Counted from the first letter of the stretch, positions 18,722 through 27,906 are shown. The stretch: DNA of 41,905 bases from Bacteroidetes bacterium UBA6063 (GCA_002428905.1 DIYD01000048.1:1-41905); one strand, 5' to 3'. The notes: generated from the sequence alone by a model not told the origin. Translations and numbers: made by a program.

Positions 18722-19549
18722 TTAACAGCCGTTTAAACGAAGCACAAACTCAAAATCTTGAGCGATTTTAGTACCGTTTTCGTTTACAGCCGGTTCCCAA
18801 TCGGGCATGTTTTCTACAGTCTCCATGATAAAGGCATCGAATGCGTCATTTTCAGTTGAATCTTTCAATGCCACATTGGTTACTTCACCCTGATTTGAAA
18901 TGCTAAACGTCACACCCAGAAGACCCAGATAATCGTGGTACTTTTCTCGAACAACGTTTTCCGTCTTTAACCTTAAATAGTTTACAAGACTGTCGTTACC
19001 ATAGGCAAATTCTGCTTGTTTATGCGGCACAACGGTTGCGTTGAAATTGAATTCATGTGGCTCTAGTTCATCGGTGATGGAGTTCGTGGCCGTATACTTC
19101 ACTTCAAAATGCAAATCGGTATTGGCACTCAATGACGCAAAAAGCGCACGCATTTCATCGTTCACAGTTATATCGTCCGACTTGATTCGTTTTATGTCCT
19201 TTCCTTTTGAAGCTTCCACCGAAACCGACACATAGTTCTCAATCCAGTTGAACGGATAATCAGGGATAAACTCATACAGTGCTATCGCACGTTTAAGCTC
19301 CTTTTTGGTAATTGCATTGGAGTTAACACCCTTAATGTGATACCAGTAATCTTGTTTTGCAGACCTGGTTTCCAATGGGTTCTGAAAGTTGAAATTGCCC
19401 TGCTTTACTTGTGTAGAATGCTCCGAAACCGTTTTTGCCGCTCGGCAGTGCATTGTGGTTGGTTGGCTTGACGTTTTGGACATAAAGCCAAGCAGTCCGA
19501 TAGTACTTAAAGACAGTACCAATACTAGAAAATATCTCTTGCTTTCCAT
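18722..19549 (-). CDS. TonB C-terminal-domain protein (energy transducer TonB family)
   Basis: N-terminal hydrophobic anchor; C-terminal AEFAYG..VTFSISNQGEVTNV..MPDWEPAVNENG. Confidence 0.8.
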   Translation of the reverse strand: MESKRYFLVLVLSLSTIGLLGFMSKTSSQPTTMHCRAAKTVSEHSTQVKQGNFNFQNPLETRSAKQDYWYHIKGVNSNAITKKELKRAIALYEFIPDYPFNWIENYVSVSVEASKGKDIKRIKSDDITVNDEMRALFASLSANTDLHFEVKYTATNSITDELEPHEFNFNATVVPHKQAEFAYGNDSLVNYLRLKTENVVREKYHDYLGLLGVTFSISNQGEVTNVALKDSTENDAFDAFIMETVENMPDWEPAVNENGTKIAQDFEFVLRLNGC

Positions 19550-19572
19550 ATCATATCTAATTGATTCGATAT

Positions 19573-19628
19573 CAAAGCTAAAGCAGCACTTTGTTAAGCC
19601 CGTGCTAATGAATGTAAATTAAGGTTAA
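19573..19628 (-). promoter_or_regulatory. Promoter of the TonB gene: -7 TAGCTTTG plus four tandem ~10-bp-spaced boxes
   Basis: -7 at 19573-19580. Plus-strand heptamers TTGTTAA 19591, GTGCTAA 19602, ATGTAAA 19612 and AGGTTAA 19622. Confidence 0.5.
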
Positions 19629-19639
19629 ACTCCTATTAA

Positions 19640-20557
19640 TCAGTCGACTGGCCGTACTGAAACTGCCAATTTATAGCCTACACCACGAACATTAATGATC
19701 TTGATGGATGGGTCTGATTCCAGCTTCTTTCTAAGCTTAGAGATATAGACGTCCAGTGTTCTCCCGTCGTAACTACCTTCATCTTCCCAAACCTCTTTCA
19801 ATATGGTAGAACGTTCTACAGTTTCGTTTATGTGCTGGAATAAAAGCAAAAGTAAATCGGCTTCCTTACTCGTTAATTCATCTACCTCGTTATCGTGTAT
19901 CAACTTGAGATGACGAATGTCGAACTGATACTTACCAATGTTTATATGATTACTTGATGCTTCCTCCGCTTTTTTAAGTTTTTTGTTATTCCACGAATAA
20001 AGCATCACCAAACCAACCATTACGAAAACCAGAGCAAGTTGTGATGCAGTGGAAGATGCCTGGTCACTTTCAAGTTCAGGTGTGGCATTTTCTGTTGGTA
20101 TGGAAGCCTGTACAGAATCAGCAGGTACATCGTTTAAACTAATGGTTAATTTATAACAGTCTCTGGGCTGAAACCGTCCCAGGCACGGCATAGCAGCAGC
20201 TCGACTTCTTGCGTCAAAACCATAACCATAAACCAGCTCGGAGGAATCACAGTTATACATCTGAACGAAGTACTTCGAAGAAATACCCGAAGTTGCCATA
20301 ATGCGGTTGACCGTCTTCATCAGCGAGTCTGGTATAAAGTGAAAATCATCTCCTAAAGCAATGGTATAATCACTTCCGTTTTGCTGCACTACAGCAAGTT
20401 GCGACGTATCATTCCCGGATTCTTTTAGCAACTCATGCCCAATGCTTCGCATAGCAATCTGGTTGCGTATTGGGTTGGAAGAAGTTTTAGCCACAGCACC
20501 AATCAATTGCGGAAAAATCACAACAAGACATACCAATATTTGCCTCAGACGAATCAT
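19640..20557 (-). CDS. Membrane-anchored transcriptional regulator with an extracytoplasmic N-domain and a C-terminal OmpR/PhoB winged helix (no receiver domain)
   Basis: Signal-like N-terminus, TM LALVFVMVGLVMLYSW followed by KKLKK, then LTSKEADLL..VWEDEG..RTLDVYISKLRKKL..INVRGVGYKL. Alternative start 20605. Confidence 0.88.
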   Translation of the reverse strand: MIRLRQILVCLVVIFPQLIGAVAKTSSNPIRNQIAMRSIGHELLKESGNDTSQLAVVQQNGSDYTIALGDDFHFIPDSLMKTVNRIMATSGISSKYFVQMYNCDSSELVYGYGFDARSRAAAMPCLGRFQPRDCYKLTISLNDVPADSVQASIPTENATPELESDQASSTASQLALVFVMVGLVMLYSWNNKKLKKAEEASSNHINIGKYQFDIRHLKLIHDNEVDELTSKEADLLLLLFQHINETVERSTILKEVWEDEGSYDGRTLDVYISKLRKKLESDPSIKIINVRGVGYKLAVSVRPVD

Positions 20558-20628
20558 ATATGCGAAGCTATCCGTTTTTGCAGTTATACACCGTTCTACG
20601 TGCACAATATTGCAACAGTAAGAGCCAA

Positions 20629-20693
20629 TTTTACATTGTTTTACATTTCTCTAAACGCTTATTCTGTCAAATTATCGGATTTGACTAGTTTTG
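20629..20693 (+). promoter_or_regulatory. Divergent promoter region with a TTTTACATT direct repeat and -7 TAGTTTTG
   Basis: TTTTACATT at 20629 and 20639 (10-bp period); -7 at 20686-20693. Confidence 0.5.
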
Positions 20694-20709
20694 AGTGAAA
20701 TATACCCGA

Positions 20710-21594
20710 ATGAAAAGAATCGCATTTATCCTGATGACCGTTTTCGCCTTCATGATGATTGGTCATGGTGCGCAGGCGCAGGACACCACCCGAACAGAGA
20801 TTTATGACATCGTGAACCTGAAGAAGGGTGGCATCATTAAAGGCACCATTCTTTCTTTTAATGAGCAAACAGGAGTTGTGGTAATTGAAGACACGGATGG
20901 CAGAAAATACACCCTGGGCCGTGAAGAATACGACTTCATTGAAGAGAATGTCGAATTTGGTAAGAAAAAAATCAAAAAAGAACGCGTGCTTCATGCACGT
21001 AAGACGGAAGAATATCAGGTATCTGTTGGACTCGAAGCGGGTTTCGCAAACCTTCAGAGTAATACGACAACAGACGATAATTATGTTGGTGAATTTCAGG
21101 ACTACTCGCACCTGCCGACGGTATTGAACATCAACGTGGGTAAATACTTGAACGAAAGACTGTTTGTTGGTTTGGCTTCCGACATTAACATCGCATCGTA
21201 CTCCACCTCAGGTTTCAACCTGGGCGTACGGGCAATGAGCATCAACCCCTCAACGAAACGCAACATGTCGTTCTACTTTCCAGGAGAAATCTATTACAGC
21301 ACTCGGGAGTTCCCAGCCAATTTCACAGCGATCGATTCTACGGCACCAGACCCATGGGGTGGTTTCTATATCTATGACTCGGATCGTGAAGTGAATATTC
21401 GGATGAACTCGGTTGGTATATCGGTAGGAGCAGGTATTAGCTGGGCCATGCGGAACAGGCGATCAATGGGTATTGAGGCAACGGTGTTTACCCATACCTC
21501 GGTAAGAACAAAGATTGTGACTGCACTCGACCCATTACCGAATTACAACTTTACACTGAATGGCTGGAAGCTTGCATTGTATTACAACTTATAG
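20710..21594 (+). CDS. Putative outer-membrane beta-barrel protein with a small N-terminal domain
   Basis: Signal peptide MKRIAFILM..AQA, DIVNLKKGGIIKGTI N-domain, alternating beta-strands and C-terminal WKLALYYNL. Confidence 0.7.
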   Translation: MKRIAFILMTVFAFMMIGHGAQAQDTTRTEIYDIVNLKKGGIIKGTILSFNEQTGVVVIEDTDGRKYTLGREEYDFIEENVEFGKKKIKKERVLHARKTEEYQVSVGLEAGFANLQSNTTTDDNYVGEFQDYSHLPTVLNINVGKYLNERLFVGLASDINIASYSTSGFNLGVRAMSINPSTKRNMSFYFPGEIYYSTREFPANFTAIDSTAPDPWGGFYIYDSDREVNIRMNSVGISVGAGISWAMRNRRSMGIEATVFTHTSVRTKIVTALDPLPNYNFTLNGWKLALYYNL

Positions 21595-21596
21595 AA

Positions 21597-22184
21597 ATGG
21601 CTGTAAGCGCTGCATATGTATCCGTGCTTCAAGCAGCTTTTAAACCGCTGGAGCTCGATCTCACTAAACATCGCAGTTTCTTCGAATCGTGGGAGCAATT
21701 CAGCTTTAAGCGTGCACAACTGATTACACAAATTGGAAAACCTGAGCCCTATTTTTACGTGGTGTTACACGGTGTTCAAGCCATCTATTTGCTCGACGAA
21801 CACGGTGAAAAACGTGTTTTGGGGTTTTCTTTTGATGGAAGTTATTCCGGGGTGTATGATGCGTTTCTTAATCGAAGCCCGGCGCTTTATGCCGTCGAAG
21901 CACTGACTCCGTCGACCTTAATTCGAACAACCAAAAAACACTACGATCAATGGTTCGAAGAGTTTCCTGAATTCAATTACTGGGGACGAATCGTTCATCA
22001 GCAATTGCTGATTGGCAGGGTAAATCGGGAAGTGGAGTTAATCACATTATCGGCAAAACAACGGTTTGATGAATTCAATAAACGCTGTCCGAGACCGTTA
22101 TTGACTATCCCACAAAAGTACCTGGCGTCTTATCTCAACATGACACCAGAAACATACAGTCGGCTGCGTGGCCAAAAATCTTGA
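21597..22184 (+). CDS. Crp/Fnr-family transcriptional regulator
   Basis: cNMP-binding-like domain and the Bacteroidota HTH IPQKYLASYLNMTPETYSRLR. Confidence 0.92.
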   Translation: MAVSAAYVSVLQAAFKPLELDLTKHRSFFESWEQFSFKRAQLITQIGKPEPYFYVVLHGVQAIYLLDEHGEKRVLGFSFDGSYSGVYDAFLNRSPALYAVEALTPSTLIRTTKKHYDQWFEEFPEFNYWGRIVHQQLLIGRVNREVELITLSAKQRFDEFNKRCPRPLLTIPQKYLASYLNMTPETYSRLRGQKS

Positions 22185-22195
22185 TCTGGATCAAG
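22180..22195. promoter_or_regulatory. FNR/Crp-type palindrome CTTGATCTGGATCAAG upstream of the DinB gene
   Basis: Exact TTGAT-N4-ATCAA at 22181-22194, overlapping the Crp stop codon; GAACTTTG lies downstream at 22217-22224. Confidence 0.75.
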
Positions 22196-22232
22196 CTCTA
22201 TGGACTGGGCATTTTAGAACTTTGCACTACAC

Positions 22233-22808
22233 ATGGCACGAGTTATTATATCAGCATCAGAAGGAATGGTTCGGACGACTAACTTAATCAACACGCTCGA
22301 CTCCTTCTACGAGATTTCCGACGATTTCATTATTCAAAAACCTGCTCCAAATGCCTGGTGCATGTTAGAGGTTGCACGTCACATGACCATTGCACATAAC
22401 GTATATATACCGAAAATCGAATCTGCATTTGACCGGCTCAAACTCAGCAATGAGGAAATCACTTCCATTCGATCAACAGTAGTACCTAGTATGCTGATTA
22501 AACGGTTCCCACCGAAAGACGGCAAGATCAAATATAGAATCAAAACCAGCAGCATGTTTGAACCTGATTTGGATTTAGAAACTGTAACATCAACGGATAT
22601 TAAGCGGATTCTGAACGAACTAAATGAGACCTTAGTTCAGCTTAGATCCTGGATAGAACAATACCAAAAAGTCGATTTTCAATCCGTTCGATTCAATTCT
22701 GCCATTGGCCCAATTGTTCGATTTAATATTGCTGAAGCCTGTGAATTTATCCTGTGTCACAATGAACGCCATTTTCAACAAATGGAAAACATTAGGCGAT
22801 CTATGTAA
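22233..22808 (+). CDS. DinB/YfiT-family protein
   Basis: KPAPNAWCMLEVARHM and HNERHFQQM, giving the His triad. Confidence 0.88.
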   Translation: MARVIISASEGMVRTTNLINTLDSFYEISDDFIIQKPAPNAWCMLEVARHMTIAHNVYIPKIESAFDRLKLSNEEITSIRSTVVPSMLIKRFPPKDGKIKYRIKTSSMFEPDLDLETVTSTDIKRILNELNETLVQLRSWIEQYQKVDFQSVRFNSAIGPIVRFNIAEACEFILCHNERHFQQMENIRRSM

Positions 22809-22820
22809 CGGAAACAGGGA

Positions 22821-23675
22821 TTATTTCACCAACAGACTTAGGTGGTGTTCAGCCAATGGCATGATCGGTTTTTGAATAACCTTACCTACGGTAAAACCCA
22901 TGTTTTGTGCCACTCTGCTCAGTATGTCCTGAAAATGGTATGCCACCGAACCTACAAAGTGTACAGGCACTTCCTTGTAATTCTCAAAACAGGTAATATG
23001 AACATCGGCAAAATGTGCCATGCCCTCATAAACCATTTTCTGAAAATACGGATGTTCTTTATGACGTGATACAAACTTCATGAACGAAGCCAGGTATACG
23101 TTTACATTAGGTTGATTATAGATGTGGTAAAATATATTCTCCCGTGTAGCGCCATAGGTATGCTCAAAATCTTCCGCAAGTTCCGCCGGCATACGTTTAT
23201 ACAGAAACGCCGAGAGCATCTGCTTGCCATAATACGACCCACTGCCCTCATCACCAAGAATATACCCCAACGCGTGAAGTTCTTCGATGACCTTCTCTCC
23301 GTCGTAGTAGCACGAATTCGACCCAGTACCCAGAATGCAGGAAATCCCTTTTTCACCCGGAGCACAGGTTGAATGAGCTGCACCGTTTAAATCCTGTGCA
23401 ACTACCCAATCGGTTGCATTGCGAAAATGCGTTGCCAAAGCACGTTCCAAAATGGTGTTGCGTTCCGGACTTGAACATCCGGCGCCATAATAATACACCG
23501 CGTCAATGTTATCTTTATGTTGCATTAACACGTCGTTCCTGGCGATCTCGGCTTCGATCAGCGATTGCGCATGAAAAAATGGATTAAATCCCATAGTTTT
23601 GGTAGGAATTCGATCGTTTCCATCTGCTATAAGCCAGTCACATTTCGTTGACCCACTATCGGCTACTAAAATCAT
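22821..23675 (-). CDS. BadF/BadG/BcrA/BcrD-type sugar kinase (N-acetylglucosamine kinase-like)
   Basis: ADSGSTKCDW, YYGAGCS, ILGTGSNS, GYILGDEGSG and FVGSVA. Confidence 0.88.
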   Translation of the reverse strand: MILVADSGSTKCDWLIADGNDRIPTKTMGFNPFFHAQSLIEAEIARNDVLMQHKDNIDAVYYYGAGCSSPERNTILERALATHFRNATDWVVAQDLNGAAHSTCAPGEKGISCILGTGSNSCYYDGEKVIEELHALGYILGDEGSGSYYGKQMLSAFLYKRMPAELAEDFEHTYGATRENIFYHIYNQPNVNVYLASFMKFVSRHKEHPYFQKMVYEGMAHFADVHITCFENYKEVPVHFVGSVAYHFQDILSRVAQNMGFTVGKVIQKPIMPLAEHHLSLLVK

Positions 23676-23704
23676 GTTTATTCCAAAGGTACTTCAGCAA
23701 ACTT

Positions 23705-23721
23705 AGTGTAAAAAGTACACT
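23705..23721. promoter_or_regulatory. Putative NrtR operator AGTGTA-N5-TACACT
   Basis: Perfect 6-5-6 inverted repeat between the divergent kinase and nrtR genes. The kinase -7 element TACCTTTG is at 23684-23691. Confidence 0.7.
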
Positions 23722-23796
23722 TTCTCACGGATATTGATCGAATGTGTCTATTTTCGCTTTCGTATAATCTAACATTCAAGCAATTAGCAACATTAA

Positions 23797-24534
23797 ATGG
23801 CGCAGGCTTCTGAGCACATAATCAATCCAAATGTATCTGTAGACAACGTTATTCTTGGATTTGCAGACAATGAGCTCAAGGTGTTGTTGATTGAGCGCGA
23901 ACGCGTGGAAGAAGTACCAGATGATTTTCTGGCTTTACCCGGTAACCTCATCTACGAGGATGAGACGTTGGATCAGGCAGCTGAACGGGTACTTTACGAG
24001 TTGACCGGACTGAAAAACATCTTTCTTGAGCAGTTCCATTCTTTCGGTGACCCGAACCGAATTCGCAAAAAACAGGATTTGGATTGGTTAAAAGCAATAC
24101 GGGCTCATCCAGAAGCACGCGTAATTACAGTAGCGTACTACTCCTTAATTAAAGCCGACAACTACAACCCAACACCATCGGCATTTGCACAGAAGGCCTT
24201 TTGGGTGCCAATAACAGATGTTGGCCAGCTTGCATTCGACCATAACGACATCTTCTATCGTGCCCTTGAGCATTTGAAAGACAAATTATACAAATACCCC
24301 ATCGGTTTTGAATTGCTACCAGAGAAATTCACCCTTGCTCAGTTGCAACGGCTATATGAAATCATTCTTCAAACCAAGTTAGACAAACGGAATTTTCGAC
24401 GTAAAATTCTGAAAACCAAGTTTGTCGTTCCGCTTAACGAAAAACAAAGGGGCGTAGCACACAAACCCGCCAGGTTGTACCACTTCGACAAGGAACGGTT
24501 TAAATCTACAGAACATCGGTACGTGTCGTATTAA
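23797..24534 (+). CDS. nrtR: NrtR-family (Nudix plus winged helix) transcriptional regulator
   Basis: SVDNVILGF, degenerate Nudix box LPGNLIYEDETLDQAAERVLYELTGL, LAFDHNDI, LLPEKFTLAQLQ and DKRNFRRKI. Confidence 0.9.
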   Translation: MAQASEHIINPNVSVDNVILGFADNELKVLLIERERVEEVPDDFLALPGNLIYEDETLDQAAERVLYELTGLKNIFLEQFHSFGDPNRIRKKQDLDWLKAIRAHPEARVITVAYYSLIKADNYNPTPSAFAQKAFWVPITDVGQLAFDHNDIFYRALEHLKDKLYKYPIGFELLPEKFTLAQLQRLYEIILQTKLDKRNFRRKILKTKFVVPLNEKQRGVAHKPARLYHFDKERFKSTEHRYVSY

Positions 24535-24647
24535 GTACCACTACCATGTGTCAACAGGCACTTAGGTACGTGTCTCCTATGTGTTACTCATTAACTGTTA
24601 TAAACCTCGGTGGGAGTTTTCTTAAGAAGAATGCCGCTAGCAGAATC

Positions 24648-25706
24648 CTAGTCTGTTACTTTGGCAGGGCTAATAGGCTCGTTACTTTTCACAATAACGA
24701 AACAGGAAGTAGCGTAATACGCTCCTGGGTTACCCGAAGTATTGCCGCCGTCTGCCGTCCAATCCTGGTACTCGTATTCGAACGAAAAAGGTTGACCAAA
24801 ATAGGAGTTGTCGATCTGATTTCTGCGCACCGGAACAGCCATACCCGGGCACCATCCCGCCCGATCAGGTTGCCAGTTTCCGCGCTGGTTTTTAACCGGA
24901 TTTGCTGCACAACCCAGCGGCCCCATCGTGTGTTTGAATGCCACACCATTATCTAAACGAATCTGATGCGTGCGGTAACACCACTCGGCACAAGGACGAC
25001 CATCTGGATCCGTTGGAGTGGCATGCCCCCATCCTGAAATAATCGTTCGTAAATAAGCCTCTTTAGTTCCGGAAGGTAAGTCAATATTTTTTGTTACGTC
25101 TTTCGTATGCGCGATTCCGTATGGCACACCCGACGTCGACCATTGATCGTGCATCAATACTGGAGCTACGGCATAATACTGATAATCTGGTTTACCGGTT
25201 GTCACCTCAAAATTAACAGTGAGTTCCCAACCATCTGCACCCCAGGTTTCAATGCGCGCCCGAAGATCTACCTTGTCGTGCAGTAGCGATTTAAAATCGG
25301 TAACATCAATCTCAAACCCCTTTTCTACCGCTGAATTATCGATACCATAAGGTGTGATGTAACGACCTATTTCATACCACTCTTCAGTGTCGGGATCTTT
25401 CACCATGATATTGGCATATACATCCCAAATGTTACAACCACCGTCGGGACAGTCCAGGATGACAAACATCTTGATTGAATCAATGTTGCGTTCACCAGGA
25501 TGTAAGTCAAATGTCTTCTCAACGGTTTGTTTATGTCCTCCACCAAAAGCAATGCGCTCTTTTTCAAAGGTTTTGTATTCAATGGTTTCGACCTTAACCA
25601 CTTCCGGTTCTGGCTCTTCTTCCACCACTTTATCATCTTTACAACCAGACACCACTGCAACAAGTGTAGCAGCAAACAACACGAATAAATAATTGAGTCT
25701 CTTCAC
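24648..25706 (-). CDS. Peptide-N-glycosidase F-related lipoprotein
   Basis: Lipobox VVSGC; CNIWDVYA, EIGRYITPY, IETWG, SGWGH, CAEWCYRTH and GNWQPDRAGWCPG. GTG start. Confidence 0.88.
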   Translation of the reverse strand: MKRLNYLFVLFAATLVAVVSGCKDDKVVEEEPEPEVVKVETIEYKTFEKERIAFGGGHKQTVEKTFDLHPGERNIDSIKMFVILDCPDGGCNIWDVYANIMVKDPDTEEWYEIGRYITPYGIDNSAVEKGFEIDVTDFKSLLHDKVDLRARIETWGADGWELTVNFEVTTGKPDYQYYAVAPVLMHDQWSTSGVPYGIAHTKDVTKNIDLPSGTKEAYLRTIISGWGHATPTDPDGRPCAEWCYRTHQIRLDNGVAFKHTMGPLGCAANPVKNQRGNWQPDRAGWCPGMAVPVRRNQIDNSYFGQPFSFEYEYQDWTADGGNTSGNPGAYYATSCFVIVKSNEPISPAKVTD

Positions 25707-25754
25707 GCCGTCAAAAGTACGATTATCTGTTTGACATTACTGTCATATATGCAC

Positions 25755-27815
25755 CTACAGAACCTGATTGAAGTTCATCGCCTCATAGATTTTCAGAAAT
25801 TTTTCGTGATTACGAATCGGATCCCAGACCCAATAAAACTTCAACGACACCAACTGGAAGGAGCGTTCACGATACGCCTTTTCCAACCATCGAACCGCGT
25901 CATCGGCTTTTCCCATTTGTGCATACAGCATAGCGGGTGCAATTGGATCTATATAATCCTCCGACATCTCCCAGTCTTCCAATACGTGATCCACCGAATC
26001 GGTATGCCCCATGAGCAATTGGATCATGCGTTTATCAAAGTTCGCTGGCCCCTGTTGATTCGTAATATTAAGCGCTGCTTCTACCGATTTCAACGCCTCA
26101 CTGTATTGCCCCAGTTGAGCCAGAGCCAGGGCCTTCCAGCGATGTCCCTCGCTGTAGTTGGTATCCAATTCAAGCGCACCATTAAATGCTTCAATGGCAT
26201 CTTCAAAGTCGCGGGCAAAAAAGTGAGACAAACCAAGGTGCCAATGACTCTGAATGTGAAACGGATCTCTTTGTAAAATCTCTTCCGATGCTCGAATCGA
26301 CGCGTCGTAATCCTGATTAATAAAGATGTCGTAAAGCGTTATGAAATGATCTGGCGTCTGCAAACCGAATTCCGATGCAAGGTCGTATTCACGTAATGCA
26401 CCTTCCCAATCCCAATCATAATTGAGATGAATATAGGCCAATACCCTATGCGCTCGTGGCTCTTTCGGGTTTAGTCGAATGGATTCTTCTGCCGCTGATC
26501 TGGCAAGTGCATAGGCATCAGAACCCGACATAAAACCGTAAACCGCATGATTGATGTAAGTGTCTCCTAGCCATGCATAGGCCTCTGCATACGTTGTGTC
26601 CATGGCTATCGCCTGTTTAAAATAGTCTAGTGCTTTTTCTGCGCCCTCGTAGTCTTTGTTAAAAAAATATATCCCTTTCAACAAGAGGTCGTACGCCTCC
26701 ATATTTCGCTTTTGCGGAGCATCCTCGGAACTTTGACCGAGTTCAAGTTTAAGGCGCTGTGCTATTTCATTTGCGATTTCTTCCTGAATTTTAAAGACGT
26801 CATTCAAATCTCGATCATATGTTTCAGACCACATGTGAAATCCATCTTCCACCTTGATAAGCTGAGCCGTAATCCGAATGCGATCATCCGATTTTCGAAT
26901 ACTTCCCTCCAAAACCATTTCCACATTCAAGGCGTCGCCTATAGTTTGTATATCTTCATTGGAGCCTTTAAACGAGAAGGCCGATGTTCTTCCTGCCACT
27001 TTTAGCCCGGGAACCTGAACCAATGCGTTTAGTATTTCTTCAGAAATGCCATCGCTGAAATATTCCTTATCCGAATCACCGCTCATGTTTTCAAATGCCA
27101 ATACTGCAATCGAATTTTTAGGTGTTTCGTCGCGAGAGGCTGGTTGATGGTCTGACCTTGAAACATAGGCTACAGCTAAGGCCACGATAGCCAACGTCAT
27201 TACGGCAAATGCAGCCCAACGCTGACGTTTACGCCGTCTACGCGCTTTAAGTTTTCGCAGAACTACTGGATCGGGCTCGGTCTTCCCCTTGAGTTGTTCC
27301 GGATGAGGGAGCACAACGCCGGGGTTTGAAACCGCATGAATATCCATTGACCGGTCAACGTTTTTGAACTTAACCGATTTCATGAATTTGGTTTGTATGG
27401 TATCCTGGTTCTTTACCTCGTCATAGACCTTATCTGAGATTAGAATACTGCCCGCCAACGACATCGATTCAACACGAGAGGCTACGTTAACACCATCCCC
27501 AATGATTTCGTCCTGATTGTAAATCACATCACCCAGGTGAATACCTATCCGTACATCAACGGGTAGGCCGCCTCTAAAGGCTTGTTGCATTTCAATGGCG
27601 CATTCAACAGCGTTAATGGCGCTATCAAAAATACTCAAGGTACCATCTCCAAAATACTGTAGTATTTTACCCTGGTGCTTAACCGTGGCCGCGTTGAATA
27701 CATTTCGATGTTTATCACGGATGACCAGCGCCCGTGCTTCATCGCGTTGCATTAATGCCGTATACCCTTCGATATCGGTGAACATAATGGCGGCCAACTG
27801 ACGAGTTTTCTTCAT
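25755..27815 (-). CDS. Class III adenylate/guanylate cyclase with a TM helix, TolB-N-like domain and TPR repeats
   Basis: FTDIEGYT, YFGDG, RIGIHLGDV, GDGVNVASRVES; TM after RRRRKRQR; SIAVLAFENMS..YFSDGISEEI; TPRs. Confidence 0.9.
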   Translation of the reverse strand: MKKTRQLAAIMFTDIEGYTALMQRDEARALVIRDKHRNVFNAATVKHQGKILQYFGDGTLSIFDSAINAVECAIEMQQAFRGGLPVDVRIGIHLGDVIYNQDEIIGDGVNVASRVESMSLAGSILISDKVYDEVKNQDTIQTKFMKSVKFKNVDRSMDIHAVSNPGVVLPHPEQLKGKTEPDPVVLRKLKARRRRKRQRWAAFAVMTLAIVALAVAYVSRSDHQPASRDETPKNSIAVLAFENMSGDSDKEYFSDGISEEILNALVQVPGLKVAGRTSAFSFKGSNEDIQTIGDALNVEMVLEGSIRKSDDRIRITAQLIKVEDGFHMWSETYDRDLNDVFKIQEEIANEIAQRLKLELGQSSEDAPQKRNMEAYDLLLKGIYFFNKDYEGAEKALDYFKQAIAMDTTYAEAYAWLGDTYINHAVYGFMSGSDAYALARSAAEESIRLNPKEPRAHRVLAYIHLNYDWDWEGALREYDLASEFGLQTPDHFITLYDIFINQDYDASIRASEEILQRDPFHIQSHWHLGLSHFFARDFEDAIEAFNGALELDTNYSEGHRWKALALAQLGQYSEALKSVEAALNITNQQGPANFDKRMIQLLMGHTDSVDHVLEDWEMSEDYIDPIAPAMLYAQMGKADDAVRWLEKAYRERSFQLVSLKFYWVWDPIRNHEKFLKIYEAMNFNQVL

Positions 27816-27906
27816 AGAAAAGCACTACTACGCAAGCAAGTTACTGAATAATTGGGTTTTAGGACAAATCAAGATCCGCACTCCGATGTGGCACCGTAAT
27901 CGAAAA

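Noticed and set aside
24518-24574. Direct repeat GGTACGTGTC (24518 and 24565)
   Set aside because: Only two 10-bp copies, with no intervening element or array structure; not a CRISPR or a convincing target-site duplication.
24546-26276. Plus-strand ORFs 24546..24956 and 25731..26276
   Set aside because: They are antisense to the well-supported PNGase and cyclase genes and have no recognisable motifs.
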